From the IMG/VR virus record IMGVR_UViG_3300010398_000013, positions 1 to 54,249 of that record: a stretch of DNA of 54,249 nt. One strand, 5' to 3'. Positions 8,030 to 16,520 of the stretch are shown piece after piece; position 1 is the first letter of the stretch, and each line of letters opens with the position of its first letter. Below the pieces are notes generated by a model. It did not search any database. It worked only from the letters and a program-made list of their open reading frames with translations, and was not told the origin of the DNA. The position numbers and the translations under genes are program-made. The DNA comes from a virus. Lineage: Duplodnaviria; Caudoviricetes.

Positions 8030-8476
8030 ATGAAGCACGATGGGGAGATGCGGGATGAGGGAGGGCACGACCGTCTTCACACCTGGAACGTGTTGGAACA
8101 GCTGCGTCGGGAAGCGGTGGAGGTCTTGATGGCGGCGGTGCGTCGCTTGGACGCCATTGAGGTCCTGGAGCGGTCCTTGGAACCGGGGGCGCGGGGGCGG
8201 CCCGCACCGCTGCCGGAAGCGGTGATGCCGGCCGGCTCGCTATCGGTGGTGCTGCGTCAGCTGTTGGACGGTCATCCGGAGGGGGAGACGGTCGCCCACT
8301 TGACCGAGGAACTGGTGTCGGCGGGTTTCCGCTTCCCGTCGCGGAAGCGCACGGCGGCGGCACAAGTGGCCGCCACCTTGGCGCAGTTGCGCCGGCAGGG
8401 CCACGCCCGCATCGAGCGCGGCTCAAACCCGCGCGCGCATCGGCACAAACCGGCCCGGGTGGCGAAGCCCCGATGA
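8030..8476 (+). CDS. Coiled-coil + winged-HTH DNA-binding protein
   Basis: LRQLLDGHPEGETVAHLTEELVSAGF...QVAATLAQL pattern. Confidence 0.65.
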   Translation: MKHDGEMRDEGGHDRLHTWNVLEQLRREAVEVLMAAVRRLDAIEVLERSLEPGARGRPAPLPEAVMPAGSLSVVLRQLLDGHPEGETVAHLTEELVSAGFRFPSRKRTAAAQVAATLAQLRRQGHARIERGSNPRAHRHKPARVAKPR

Positions 8477-8616
8477 GCGGCTTTTGGCTGGACCTGGGGC
8501 TGGGCATCGCCCTCATGCTCGCCCTCGCAGTGGTGGCGGTGGCCGTCGCCGTCTGGTGGGTGGGCCGCAGTCCCGATCCGGAAGTCCCCATCCTCCAGCG
8601 GAGGCCGCGGCCATGA
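8473..8616 (+). CDS. Small single-TM protein, 47 aa
   Basis: ATGA-coupled at both ends; LGIALMLALAVVAVAVAVWWV. Confidence 0.6.
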   Translation: MSGFWLDLGLGIALMLALAVVAVAVAVWWVGRSPDPEVPILQRRPRP

Positions 8617-9005
8617 AACGCCAGCGCTGGGTCGATCCGGAGGGTCGGGAGGCCCAGGCATCGCTCATCGCCTGGGCGCACCAGGCCGAACGCCTTGCGG
8701 GGGACCCGGACGTGGCCCTGTGGCTGAAGCAGTGTTTCTATCAAAGCGCCTTCGATGCGCGGCGCTTTGCCGCCCAACTCTCCCGAAACCGGGAAACGAA
8801 AACCGACAACGGGGACTGGGAGTGGGCCTTCCGACCCGATGCGGAAGCGGAAAAAGTCATGAGGATGGAGGAGGAAGAACTGCTGAAGATGCAGGAAGAA
8901 GAAGAAATGATAAAGAACCAAGCGAAAGCCATGCGGGGCAAAATGAGGGACAAATCGAAACGGGGTGCGACAGGCGGGTTCCCTGCGGGCAAGCCCGGAA
9001 TGTGA
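8613..9005 (+). CDS. Hypothetical protein
   Basis: GGAGG RBS, ATGA coupling. Confidence 0.55.
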   Translation: MKRQRWVDPEGREAQASLIAWAHQAERLAGDPDVALWLKQCFYQSAFDARRFAAQLSRNRETKTDNGDWEWAFRPDAEAEKVMRMEEEELLKMQEEEEMIKNQAKAMRGKMRDKSKRGATGGFPAGKPGM

Positions 9006-9007
9006 GA

Positions 9008-9241
9008 ATGATGAGCAATAGGATGTACAACATCGGTTTGAACCGCATCGGGCCGGACGATGAAGGCGAGCTGCTGCAGTTTCAGGTGCGGATCGAGGCG
9101 GGAAATGTAGTCATTCACTTCGACACGGAAGTCACCTGGTTCGGGATGCCTCCGCGTGTGGCGCGGATGGTGGCCCGGGCCCTGACGGGTGCGGCCGACC
9201 AGATCGATGGCAACATCGAGGTCAAGCATGACCCGCAGTGA
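9008..9241 (+). CDS. Phage hypothetical protein
   Basis: GPDDEG.L...V.I.F...V.WFGMPP..A...A..L pattern. Confidence 0.65.
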   Translation: MMSNRMYNIGLNRIGPDDEGELLQFQVRIEAGNVVIHFDTEVTWFGMPPRVARMVARALTGAADQIDGNIEVKHDPQ

Positions 9242-9302
9242 AATTTCTCCTGCCAGGTGAAATGGCTTCGAAATCTTAAAGAAACAGGGGGCAGTCCAGA
9301 CC

Positions 9303-9983
9303 ATGAAAATGAGCAGCATTTTGGGGGCATGGCTACTGATGGCCGTACCCATCCTGGGGCAGAATGCCAAGAGTGCCACGATGAAGGGTTTACCCGGTGT
9401 CGAACTCACGGGGGACCTGACGCGGCCCGTGATTCGGAACCATACTCCACGGAAAATCGTGGGATACACGATCAACTTCGACTACCTCAACGGAGGCGTC
9501 GCTCATGTGCGAACCGCCTTTGGTCCGCTGCGCAATGGCGATCGGAGTACCGTCCTTCCACCCGGAGGATCCCAACTCGTGATTCCCTCGTGGAATATCG
9601 TTGGTCCGGATGGGCCTCTTCACGATTTGACGGGAGTCGCTCTCGACGCAGTCATTTTTGACGACGGCGAAGTGGTCGGTCCCGATTCCAACCATACGGC
9701 GGATGCCGTTCAGGCTCAGCTTCAAGCCGAAAAGGATCTCGATCAGCAGTTCCTGGAACTGAAGAAGTCCCGTGGGAACGCGGATGCATGGAACTACGTC
9801 TACGATGTCCAAGACGGTCGGTTCCGCATACCGGATCATGTCCTGAACAAAGCGATTTATGCGGCCGAGATCAAGTCGCGGGCAACGGAATTGATCCGTG
9901 TCCTGCGCAAGCAGGATGAAAATGCGGCATTGGATTTGGCGGCTCGCAGTGCCCTCTATCCGACGCTGTGGAGGAAGAAATGA
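9303..9983 (+). CDS. Secreted/periplasmic protein with signal peptide
   Basis: Hydrophobic N-terminus; IRN.T.R.IVGY...LDAVIFDDGEVVGPD. Confidence 0.75.
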   Translation: MKMSSILGAWLLMAVPILGQNAKSATMKGLPGVELTGDLTRPVIRNHTPRKIVGYTINFDYLNGGVAHVRTAFGPLRNGDRSTVLPPGGSQLVIPSWNIVGPDGPLHDLTGVALDAVIFDDGEVVGPDSNHTADAVQAQLQAEKDLDQQFLELKKSRGNADAWNYVYDVQDGRFRIPDHVLNKAIYAAEIKSRATELIRVLRKQDENAALDLAARSALYPTLWRKK

Positions 9984-10519
9984 AACGATGCTTGTGGATT
10001 CTTGGGGTGTTTTGGCTGTCCGTGCCTCTGATGGCTCAGACATCGTTCCACGATTATACCGGGGACGATCACACCTGGGGGAATTTCACTCCGGGATGGA
10101 ATCCGGGTCCGCTCCACATGGGTCCGGCGGTTGCCGCCGGATACGCCGAGTGGGCGACGGGGTATCTGGCGGGCTTTGCGGTATGCAACTATCCCTATCC
10201 CTTCAAGTCGGTCGGCTTCGGGGTCGCGATCTACAACAATTGCGGATGGGTGGGAGGCCCATTTGCCATTGGTATCGGGGATGGAGACCTCCAGTGGCAT
10301 GCCGAATACGGATGGTCGATTGAAGCGCACTTGGCGCAGTATAACTTATGGAACGGCAAGATTCAGGATGAGGCGCTGGTCTATAACAACTGCGACGTCG
10401 AGTTGGTGGCGGGAACCAACCGGACGCGGGTGATTATCGTCGAGTGGATCCGGAATGATTGCTTCGGCGGTCCGCTGGATCTCAGTAGTGGCGATGACGG
10501 GCCGCCTCCCCTACCCTAA
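9980..10519 (+). CDS. Secreted Cys/Gly-rich protein with signal peptide
   Basis: GGAGG RBS, ATGA coupling; MKRCLWILGVFWLSVPLMA-QT signal. Confidence 0.7.
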   Translation: MKRCLWILGVFWLSVPLMAQTSFHDYTGDDHTWGNFTPGWNPGPLHMGPAVAAGYAEWATGYLAGFAVCNYPYPFKSVGFGVAIYNNCGWVGGPFAIGIGDGDLQWHAEYGWSIEAHLAQYNLWNGKIQDEALVYNNCDVELVAGTNRTRVIIVEWIRNDCFGGPLDLSSGDDGPPPLP

Positions 10520-10539
10520 GTCGGGGAGCGCGCCGCGCC

Positions 10540-10926
10540 ATGCACCTTGAACTCTTGCGTCAATGGATTCAGCAGCACCGGGAGGCACTCGATTGCCTGG
10601 AACGCATGCTGGAGCGGGAGATGCAGACAGCGGACCGAAAGACAACGACTGGCCGAAACACAACGACAACGAAAAGCGATATAACCGCGACGGCAGAGGG
10701 ACCGACAACGGTTGCCGGAGCATGCGAGGCGCTCCTCCAGGAACGAGGCACAATGCATATCGACACGATCCAAATCGAGCTGAAGCATCGTTTCGGGATC
10801 GATGTGACACGGAAGAATCTCGCGAATATCCTGAACCGCTGGATATGGCGCGGCGCGAAATTCGAGCGGCCTAAACCCCTCACGTATGGCCTGATACGAT
10901 CGAAAGGAACATCACGGGGGATCTGA
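10540..10926 (+). CDS. Coiled-coil + winged-HTH (HARE-HTH-like) protein
   Basis: ACEALLQERGTMHIDTI..EL......TRKNLANIL.R.....FERPKPLTYGL. Confidence 0.7.
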   Translation: MHLELLRQWIQQHREALDCLERMLEREMQTADRKTTTGRNTTTTKSDITATAEGPTTVAGACEALLQERGTMHIDTIQIELKHRFGIDVTRKNLANILNRWIWRGAKFERPKPLTYGLIRSKGTSRGI

Positions 10927-11124
10927 TGGCTCCCATGAGCAGGATGAACCCCGACGGGTTTTCGATTCGGGACCCGCTGGCCCATCGAGCCAGAGGACGA
11001 TCGGTCCATCCGCGCTGGTGTCGACGTGGGCAATCACCCAGAGTTGGCCCCGCGTATCCATCACCTGGACTTCACGGCCAGCGGGTTCGTCATCGAGCAG
11101 GGTCCCGAGTTCCTGGGCGGTCAT
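10912..11124 (-). CDS. Hypothetical protein
   Basis: ATGA-coupled; MTAQELGTLLDDEP..REVQV. Confidence 0.55.
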   Translation of the reverse strand: MTAQELGTLLDDEPAGREVQVMDTRGQLWVIAHVDTSADGPIVLWLDGPAGPESKTRRGSSCSWEPSDPP

Positions 11125-11312
11125 CCGTGGATCCGAAGGCCCAGATACGACCACACCCCGATCCGATCCAAGAGCCAGATCAAGATCATCACCACGACGA
11201 CCCAGTCCAAAAGCCTCTTCCATTGGGCGTCCATCGGCACATAGCGGTGGACCAGATGGAGGAGGGTGCCGGCGATGACGATGACGAGGATGACGGTGAG
11301 GATCGTCGTCAT
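11121..11312 (-). CDS. Two-TM small membrane protein (Thivi_2564-like)
   Basis: LVIVIAG.LL.LV.RYVPMD...KR.L..VVVV..LIWLL. Confidence 0.75.
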   Translation of the reverse strand: MTTILTVILVIVIAGTLLHLVHRYVPMDAQWKRLLDWVVVVMILIWLLDRIGVWSYLGLRIHG

Positions 11313-11339
11313 CGCCGAGCGTCTCCCGTCGGGCGGGGC

Positions 11340-11555
11340 TTATTCGCCATGGCAGGCAATGGCGGCATTGGCCGTCATGACCGCTTCCCGGATTTTCCGT
11401 ATCGCCTCGCTCTGGTCCACCGATGGCGGTGTACAGTCGACAACGACATTGGCAAAGGCTAAAGCGGCGGTACGGACCTTCGAATAGCGTTCCGGCTCAT
11501 CGCCCTGCGGTTCGTGGTAGCTGAACCAGTTGGCCAGTTGTTCTCCCGTTATCAT
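11340..11555 (-). CDS. Acb2/Tad1-hairpin-like small protein (candidate anti-defence nucleotide sponge)
   Basis: AAGGAGG RBS; NWFSYHEP.....Y..VR.AA..FA......PPS.D.S.A..K.REAVM.ANAAIA. Confidence 0.7.
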   Translation of the reverse strand: MITGEQLANWFSYHEPQGDEPERYSKVRTAALAFANVVVDCTPPSVDQSEAIRKIREAVMTANAAIACHGE

Positions 11556-11582
11556 CGCGTCGACCTCCTTTTTTCGGCCATC

Positions 11583-12314
11583 TTAAGTCCGTCGGCACAA
11601 ATAACCCATCCGGGGTCCGAACAGCATTTTGAATTCCGCCCACTTCTGGCTCCAGCCGTCGGGGAGCCCATAGCCATAGGCGCCGTTCCAGGGCGTTAAC
11701 CGGTAGTCGCTCCGGAAGCGTTCGATGTGAAAGCCGACGCGCTCTAAATCCCGCTTCAATTCCAGGGGACTGTACAAGTATTCATAGACAAAGTCCATCG
11801 TTCCGGCTTTTTGGCCTTCGGTCGATAAGCGCCGGTAGCGCCAGTTCCAGCGATTGGGCACGGTGATGGCGCAATACCCGTACTCTTTAGTCCATCGGTA
11901 AAGTCGAGCCAGCGCCAACTGCCGGTCGTAGCGATCCGGGATATGCTCGACGGTGGAGAACGAGAGGACCAGATCGAATTGCTGCGTCCCTAAAGGATTC
12001 GCCTGCCACGCGGCAGTCACACTGTGCTTGGCGAAGCGCACTTTCCGGGCGAGTTCCGCCGACGCATGCTGACAGAAGCGCATGGAGGCCATATCGATGA
12101 TGGCTTGATTGGCGTCCATCGCCAGCCACGAATCGGCTTGATCGGCCCACTGCAATTCGTCAATCGGCTCGGCACAGCCCACATTCAAGACATCCCCGCG
12201 GACCACTCCCTCGATCAGGCTCCAGTCCGAGAGGGCCTTGGATGCCAGATACTGCGCGTTGTGCTGATAGTCGGCTCGAGCGGCGTAAGTGGTGGATTTC
12301 TCCGTCGCGCTCAT
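11583..12314 (-). CDS. Class I SAM-dependent methyltransferase
   Basis: VLNVGCA motif I, MDAN, FDLVLSFSTVEHI, G..AITVPN. Confidence 0.9.
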   Translation of the reverse strand: MSATEKSTTYAARADYQHNAQYLASKALSDWSLIEGVVRGDVLNVGCAEPIDELQWADQADSWLAMDANQAIIDMASMRFCQHASAELARKVRFAKHSVTAAWQANPLGTQQFDLVLSFSTVEHIPDRYDRQLALARLYRWTKEYGYCAITVPNRWNWRYRRLSTEGQKAGTMDFVYEYLYSPLELKRDLERVGFHIERFRSDYRLTPWNGAYGYGLPDGWSQKWAEFKMLFGPRMGYLCRRT

Positions 12315-12568
12315 GGGATATCTTCCAGCTTGAGGACGATTTGTTGAGGAAATTGGCCTCTCGGCAATAACCGAAGCGTGCGCTGATGATCGCCGCGCTG
12401 GATGATCGCCGTCAGCGGCTCCGTCGTGTTATTGATGAGCGTCAAGGCGCTGGGGGAAATTCTTGGAAATAACGGCTTATACGCGATGCTCCGTGTGCGC
12501 TCTTGAAGGACGACGACCAGACTGAGGACGAGCGTGAGCATCCAGCCGAGATTACTCATTTTCATTAT
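12311..12568 (-). CDS. Membrane-anchored hypothetical protein
   Basis: N-terminal TM LGWMLTLVLSLVVVL; start uncertain. Confidence 0.5.
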   Translation of the reverse strand: MMKMSNLGWMLTLVLSLVVVLQERTRSIAYKPLFPRISPSALTLINNTTEPLTAIIQRGDHQRTLRLLPRGQFPQQIVLKLEDIP

Positions 12569-12710
12569 GGACTTTCCATAAGGTTTCATGGATATGGCCC
12601 CAGTCTTCACCGCTGACGAACTCGATCACGCCATGGAGCGCTTCGCCTAAAATCACGCCGCTGGAGGCAAGGACGAGCGTCAGGAGGGCGGCTTTAGCCC
12701 AAGCCCGCAT
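12552..12710 (-). CDS. Small membrane protein
   Basis: MRAWAKAALLTLVLASSGVILG. Confidence 0.45.
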   Translation of the reverse strand: MRAWAKAALLTLVLASSGVILGEALHGVIEFVSGEDWGHIHETLWKVHNENE

Positions 12711-13059
12711 CCGCTTTTCCCTTGGCCCGGTAGCGCCGGTTGGCCTCGCGCTGGCGTTTGCGCCGGGTATGGGCATTCAATTTCTCCAGATAGCGCCGGT
12801 TGGCTTCCAGACATCGTGCCGCGACATGCAACCGGTTATGGAAGACGCAGCGCTTCGCCCCCGCCGAGGGCTGACCGCATTCGACGCAGGTCACGCGTTT
12901 CGTGCCCCGGGCCCGTATCGGGATCGCGGCGCGCTCCAGCGCGTGATAGACCGTCCAGGTGCCGACCCGCAAGCGCTTGCAGATGGCCGGTATGCCGATC
13001 TGTCGCTGATAGAGCCGCACGATTTCATCCCGGACTTCCCGCTCGAGTTCCGGAGGCAT
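12694..13059 (-). CDS. HTH + zinc-finger protein
   Basis: EIVRLY..IGIPAICKRL.VG..TVY..L; CVECG....RC..H; duplicated EANRRY. Confidence 0.7.
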   Translation of the reverse strand: MPPELEREVRDEIVRLYQRQIGIPAICKRLRVGTWTVYHALERAAIPIRARGTKRVTCVECGQPSAGAKRCVFHNRLHVAARCLEANRRYLEKLNAHTRRKRQREANRRYRAKGKADAGLG

Positions 13060-13060
13060 T

Positions 13061-13153
13061 TTAGTGGCGTCCTCGGCGCCACCACATCCAGCCCGCCAGC
13101 CCGAGGACCAGAACGAACAACGCACTGCCGCCCATTCGCCCCCAATCGATCAT
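13061..13153 (-). CDS. 30-aa single-TM microprotein
   Basis: TGATG coupling; MIDWGRMGGSALFVLVLGLAGWMWWRRGRH. Confidence 0.5.
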   Translation of the reverse strand: MIDWGRMGGSALFVLVLGLAGWMWWRRGRH

Positions 13154-14283
13154 CAATATTGATCCTGGGGGATATTCAAGAAGTCGTAATCGGGATCATA
13201 CAGCAAGCGGATCAGCCGTTCCCCATAGCGCGTGTAATCGTAGTATTTGCGGGCCGCGCGGCACCAGCCGACGACAATCTTCATCCGGTAGCCCGAGGGT
13301 GAACCGTATTCGCGGTAGCGCAGGCACGAGATCGGTTCCAAAAACTGATGCTCGATCAAACTGGTGATGAAGGACGTGCGGTCCCGCCACGGCGAGTCGA
13401 CGAGGCGCACCAGCTTGGCGCGATCCGGCAGGGTTTCCAGGCGGGCCCCGCCTTTGCGATGCCGGATGCGCTTCGGCTCCCCGAGGGGCATCACCTCGTC
13501 CCAGTAGTAGCGGAGGATTTGGCGGTGCCAGCGCAGCACATAACTGGAGAGGATCCGCCGCACCATCGCCTGATCGGTGGAAGCGGTCGCCGCTCGACCG
13601 AAAAGGGCGGCCCGGTTGGCCTCGAGCCGGTGGATGTTGCGCAACAGGACGGGTCCATACTGCAAGTCTCGGTTCAAGTCTTCCAGATCCTTCAGCCACA
13701 CGGTGACGGCCGGGGGCCATTCCGCGATGGGGACCGCCGGCTGGCGATTCACCGGGTCCAGGACCAGTTTCATCTGCCGCAGCAATTCTTCCCTCGCCTC
13801 GCGGGAGGGCAGACGCTCAACCTCGACTTCGCCGTTCAAGCGGACCGTCTCTTGGCAAAGGATCCGGTAGGTTTCCGTTGTGGGCTCATCCATCTTGCGG
13901 TCGTTCATGTCGATGTCGATGAAGATCCGCCCTTTCAAATGGCGCTCCTTCAGCCACAGGTACGTCGACTGCTCGTAGAGGTCCAGGGCGAGCGGTTTTC
14001 GGGAGCGCATGGGTGCCAGATCTTCCAGCTTCGGCCACCCCAGCCGCTCCAGCACCCATCCGAGATCCTCCCAGAAGGGATGGCGTTTGGCATCAATCGC
14101 GAGCCAGACCGGCGCTTCCGGATACGCCAGAACCAGGGCCGCCAGGATCGTTTCCATCAGCTCTTCCGGGATCCCATACTCGGAGGCGGCGTACGCCTTG
14201 ACGTCGTGGAGCCGCGAGCGGCACTGCTCGCCGTAGCGTTCATCCGGTTCGCTCGAGCGGACGATGGAAAAAGGTCTTGACAC
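13153..14283 (-). CDS. Degenerate MCM-like AAA+ paralogue lacking Walker A
   Basis: PVWL, hhhhDM and lid-like RL.ANRAALFGR....D.AMVRRIL segments resemble the 1685-2992 protein. Confidence 0.6.
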   Translation of the reverse strand: MSRPFSIVRSSEPDERYGEQCRSRLHDVKAYAASEYGIPEELMETILAALVLAYPEAPVWLAIDAKRHPFWEDLGWVLERLGWPKLEDLAPMRSRKPLALDLYEQSTYLWLKERHLKGRIFIDIDMNDRKMDEPTTETYRILCQETVRLNGEVEVERLPSREAREELLRQMKLVLDPVNRQPAVPIAEWPPAVTVWLKDLEDLNRDLQYGPVLLRNIHRLEANRAALFGRAATASTDQAMVRRILSSYVLRWHRQILRYYWDEVMPLGEPKRIRHRKGGARLETLPDRAKLVRLVDSPWRDRTSFITSLIEHQFLEPISCLRYREYGSPSGYRMKIVVGWCRAARKYYDYTRYGERLIRLLYDPDYDFLNIPQDQY

Positions 14284-14306
14284 GCCAAAAAAACTAGCAT
14301 TACCGT
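14277..14306 (+). promoter_or_regulatory. Promoter for rightward (late) operon
   Basis: TTGACA-18 nt-TACCGT, same as 31936-31965. Confidence 0.7.
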
Positions 14307-14331
14307 GGTTTTTTTCCTAACGGAATTCGCG

Positions 14332-14706
14332 ATGACCCTGGCCGATTTCCTCCAGCGCCTGCGCTCGCCGAAAGAGACACTGAAAACGGCCTTGCTGACG
14401 ATTGTCCTGGCCACCATCTCCATCATCGGCACCCAGATCTCGACCGGCCTCTACAATATCCTTTACGCCCGCCTGGAATTCCCGATGGTCGTGGCGGGTG
14501 TGGAATCGCTCCGGCAGGATCTGCAAACGGTCCCCTGTACGGCGATCCCGATGATGGCCAATCAGGCCGTCGAGGTGAACCGCATTATCGATTACCGCAA
14601 GGAAGTGCGGCGCCACTGGTGGAGTTACTGGATGGTGCATCCGGACTGGTTAGCCGTCCGGCGCCTCCAGATCCCGTGCCGGCCGTTGCGGGAGATGGCC
14701 CCGTGA
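14332..14706 (+). CDS. Membrane-anchored hypothetical protein
   Basis: TM ALLTIVLATISIIGT; GTGA coupling to next gene. Confidence 0.6.
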   Translation: MTLADFLQRLRSPKETLKTALLTIVLATISIIGTQISTGLYNILYARLEFPMVVAGVESLRQDLQTVPCTAIPMMANQAVEVNRIIDYRKEVRRHWWSYWMVHPDWLAVRRLQIPCRPLREMAP

Positions 14707-15269
14707 TCATCGATCTTGTGCTCGGGGCCGTGGTCGTCGTCCTCTACTACCCGGCACTCCACGGCCCGTTTCTCTTCGACGATCTGGCGATCCTGAATGG
14801 GTTGCGCCAAGACCGTCGTCCCCCGTGGGTGGTGTTCTATACGCAACTGCGCAACACCCGCCTGGATCAGTGGCGCGCGTATGTGGAATCCCGTCCCCTG
14901 ACGTGGCTCTCCTACCGGCTGGACTTTTATCGCGCGGGCATGAATCCCAAAACCTTCCACCGGACCAACATCGCCCTGCACCTGGTGGCGGTGGTTCTGG
15001 CCTACCATTGGACGCGTCACTGGTTGCCGGACGCTCGAGCCGCCCTGGTCGCTTTATTGTTCGCCGTTCACCCGTTGGCGACGGGGGCAGTGGCCTACAT
15101 CTCGGGGCGGGCGTCGGTGTTGTGTGCCGTCTTCATGTTGGCCGCTCTGGTGGCGGCGGTTTCCCGATTCTGGCCGCTTGCCTTGCTCTTCGGGATCTTG
15201 GCGTTGATGTCGAAAGAAGAAGCGGTGCTGGTGCCGCTGTTTCTGGGAGCCGTCCTGTGGCTGAACTAA
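14703..15269 (+). CDS. TMTC-like GT-C glycosyltransferase, N-terminal half
   Basis: F.FDD, RPL..LSY.LD, FH.TN..LH, LFAVHP....VAYISGR, LMSKE motifs. Confidence 0.85.
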   Translation: MIIDLVLGAVVVVLYYPALHGPFLFDDLAILNGLRQDRRPPWVVFYTQLRNTRLDQWRAYVESRPLTWLSYRLDFYRAGMNPKTFHRTNIALHLVAVVLAYHWTRHWLPDARAALVALLFAVHPLATGAVAYISGRASVLCAVFMLAALVAAVSRFWPLALLFGILALMSKEEAVLVPLFLGAVLWLN

Positions 15270-16213
15270 GAGCGCTCCCGCCCCACCACCGCCTGGCTCT
15301 CTTGCTGGGCCATTATCTGACGGGTCCGCTCTTGGGCGTCCGCCAGAAACTGGTCGTGCTGGACCAGCGGCAATCGGAACCCGAGTTGTTCTGGGGCTAT
15401 CTGGTTCTGGCTTCGGCTCTCGGCCTGATCCTGACACCGCTCGGCTTCCCGTTCCGCTTCGGTCTTCTGGTGACGCTCGGACCCATCCTGATCTATATCG
15501 TTTCGCCCGTGGACAACGTCGTCATCGAGTACCGCGCCTACCTGTCCGCCTTCGGTGTCGCCCTGGTTTTGGCGCCGCTCGGATGGGGGATCGTGCCGCT
15601 GGCCGTGGCCTGGATGGTGCTCGGCCGCCGGCGTATCGGGGTCTATGGCTCCACTTCCCGGTTCTGGCTCCAGGCCAAAACCGACTGTCCCATTCCGGCC
15701 CTGCTCTTGCGCCATCTGGAAGCCGTTCACCAGGTTGATGACGAGTGTCAGACCCTGATCGGTATCGCCATGGTCCGCTTCGATGCCTCGAAATATCCAA
15801 CGGTGGACGAATTGGAAGAAGCCCGCTTTATCCTGGACGAAGTGACGACGAAATACCCCGACCAGGCGAGGGGCTGGGTGGAGTTGGCGGCGATCGAATA
15901 CCAGTTGAGCCACTTCAAAAAGGCGGTCGACGCCTATCGCATGGCGCTGGTCGTTGCGCCCGAAAGTGCCCGGGCGCACGCGGGTCTCGCCGAGGCGCTC
16001 GCTCGGAGCGGGGCGCTGGATCCGGCGGTGACGCATTTCCGGCGAGCCTGGGAACTGGAGCCGGGGAATGAGGCGCACCGCCTCCATTTCTTGGAAGCGT
16101 TGGAAAAAGCGAATCGGTGGCTGGAACTGGGGATGCATACGGCTATACTCGACAAAGAGCGCATGCTCTATGTGAGTCCGGATATGCTGCCGAAGGAGAT
16201 CACCCATGGCTGA
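15257..16213 (+). CDS. TMTC-like glycosyltransferase C-terminal TM half + TPR repeats
   Basis: GGGAG RBS + GTG; EYRAYL (ERYLYL-like), S..FW..A...P, then TPRs (AVDAYRMAL...P, A..HFRRA.EL.P). Confidence 0.8.
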   Translation: MAELRALPPHHRLALLLGHYLTGPLLGVRQKLVVLDQRQSEPELFWGYLVLASALGLILTPLGFPFRFGLLVTLGPILIYIVSPVDNVVIEYRAYLSAFGVALVLAPLGWGIVPLAVAWMVLGRRRIGVYGSTSRFWLQAKTDCPIPALLLRHLEAVHQVDDECQTLIGIAMVRFDASKYPTVDELEEARFILDEVTTKYPDQARGWVELAAIEYQLSHFKKAVDAYRMALVVAPESARAHAGLAEALARSGALDPAVTHFRRAWELEPGNEAHRLHFLEALEKANRWLELGMHTAILDKERMLYVSPDMLPKEITHG

Positions 16214-16520
16214 AGCCAAGACCGCAGCGCCGACCACCTCCCCTCCGGCCTTGCCGCGCTCCTGGTCCTCGCTCGCTTTTGAAGGACTGACGCCCGAGGA
16301 TGGTGGCGCGAGCCTGTTCCGCAAATGGCACGGTTCGATTGTCGCGCTGCGCTCGGATGGCGAGATGTTTTCCATCGCGTTGAACTTCCTGCAACAGGAC
16401 TCCCCGATGCACATGGGCCAGGTGCTGGCGGAAGCCATCGAACGGCTGGAGAGCTACCGGATCTGCGCCTGTACGGCGAAAGCGCTCTGTGCGCTGCACC
16501 GGGCGATGGAGAAGCCATGA
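16206..16520 (+). CDS. Hypothetical protein
   Basis: AAGGAG RBS; ATGA coupling. Confidence 0.6.
   Translation: MAEAKTAAPTTSPPALPRSWSSLAFEGLTPEDGGASLFRKWHGSIVALRSDGEMFSIALNFLQQDSPMHMGQVLAEAIERLESYRICACTAKALCALHRAMEKP

Noticed and set aside
12730-12805. 14-bp direct repeat TAGCGCCGGTTGGC
   Set aside because: Explained by the duplicated EANRRY peptide within the HTH-Zn finger protein.
15230-15270. Programmed -1 frameshift joining the two TMTC-like halves
   Set aside because: No X-XXY-YYZ slippery heptamer near the junction and the second ORF has its own RBS/GTG; not fully excluded.
13348-16438. Long antisense/alternate-frame ORFs (13348-14280 +, 15266-16438 -, 14825 start of the TPR ORF)
   Set aside because: Shadow frames typical of high-GC coding DNA; the opposite or alternate frames carry recognisable motifs and RBSs.
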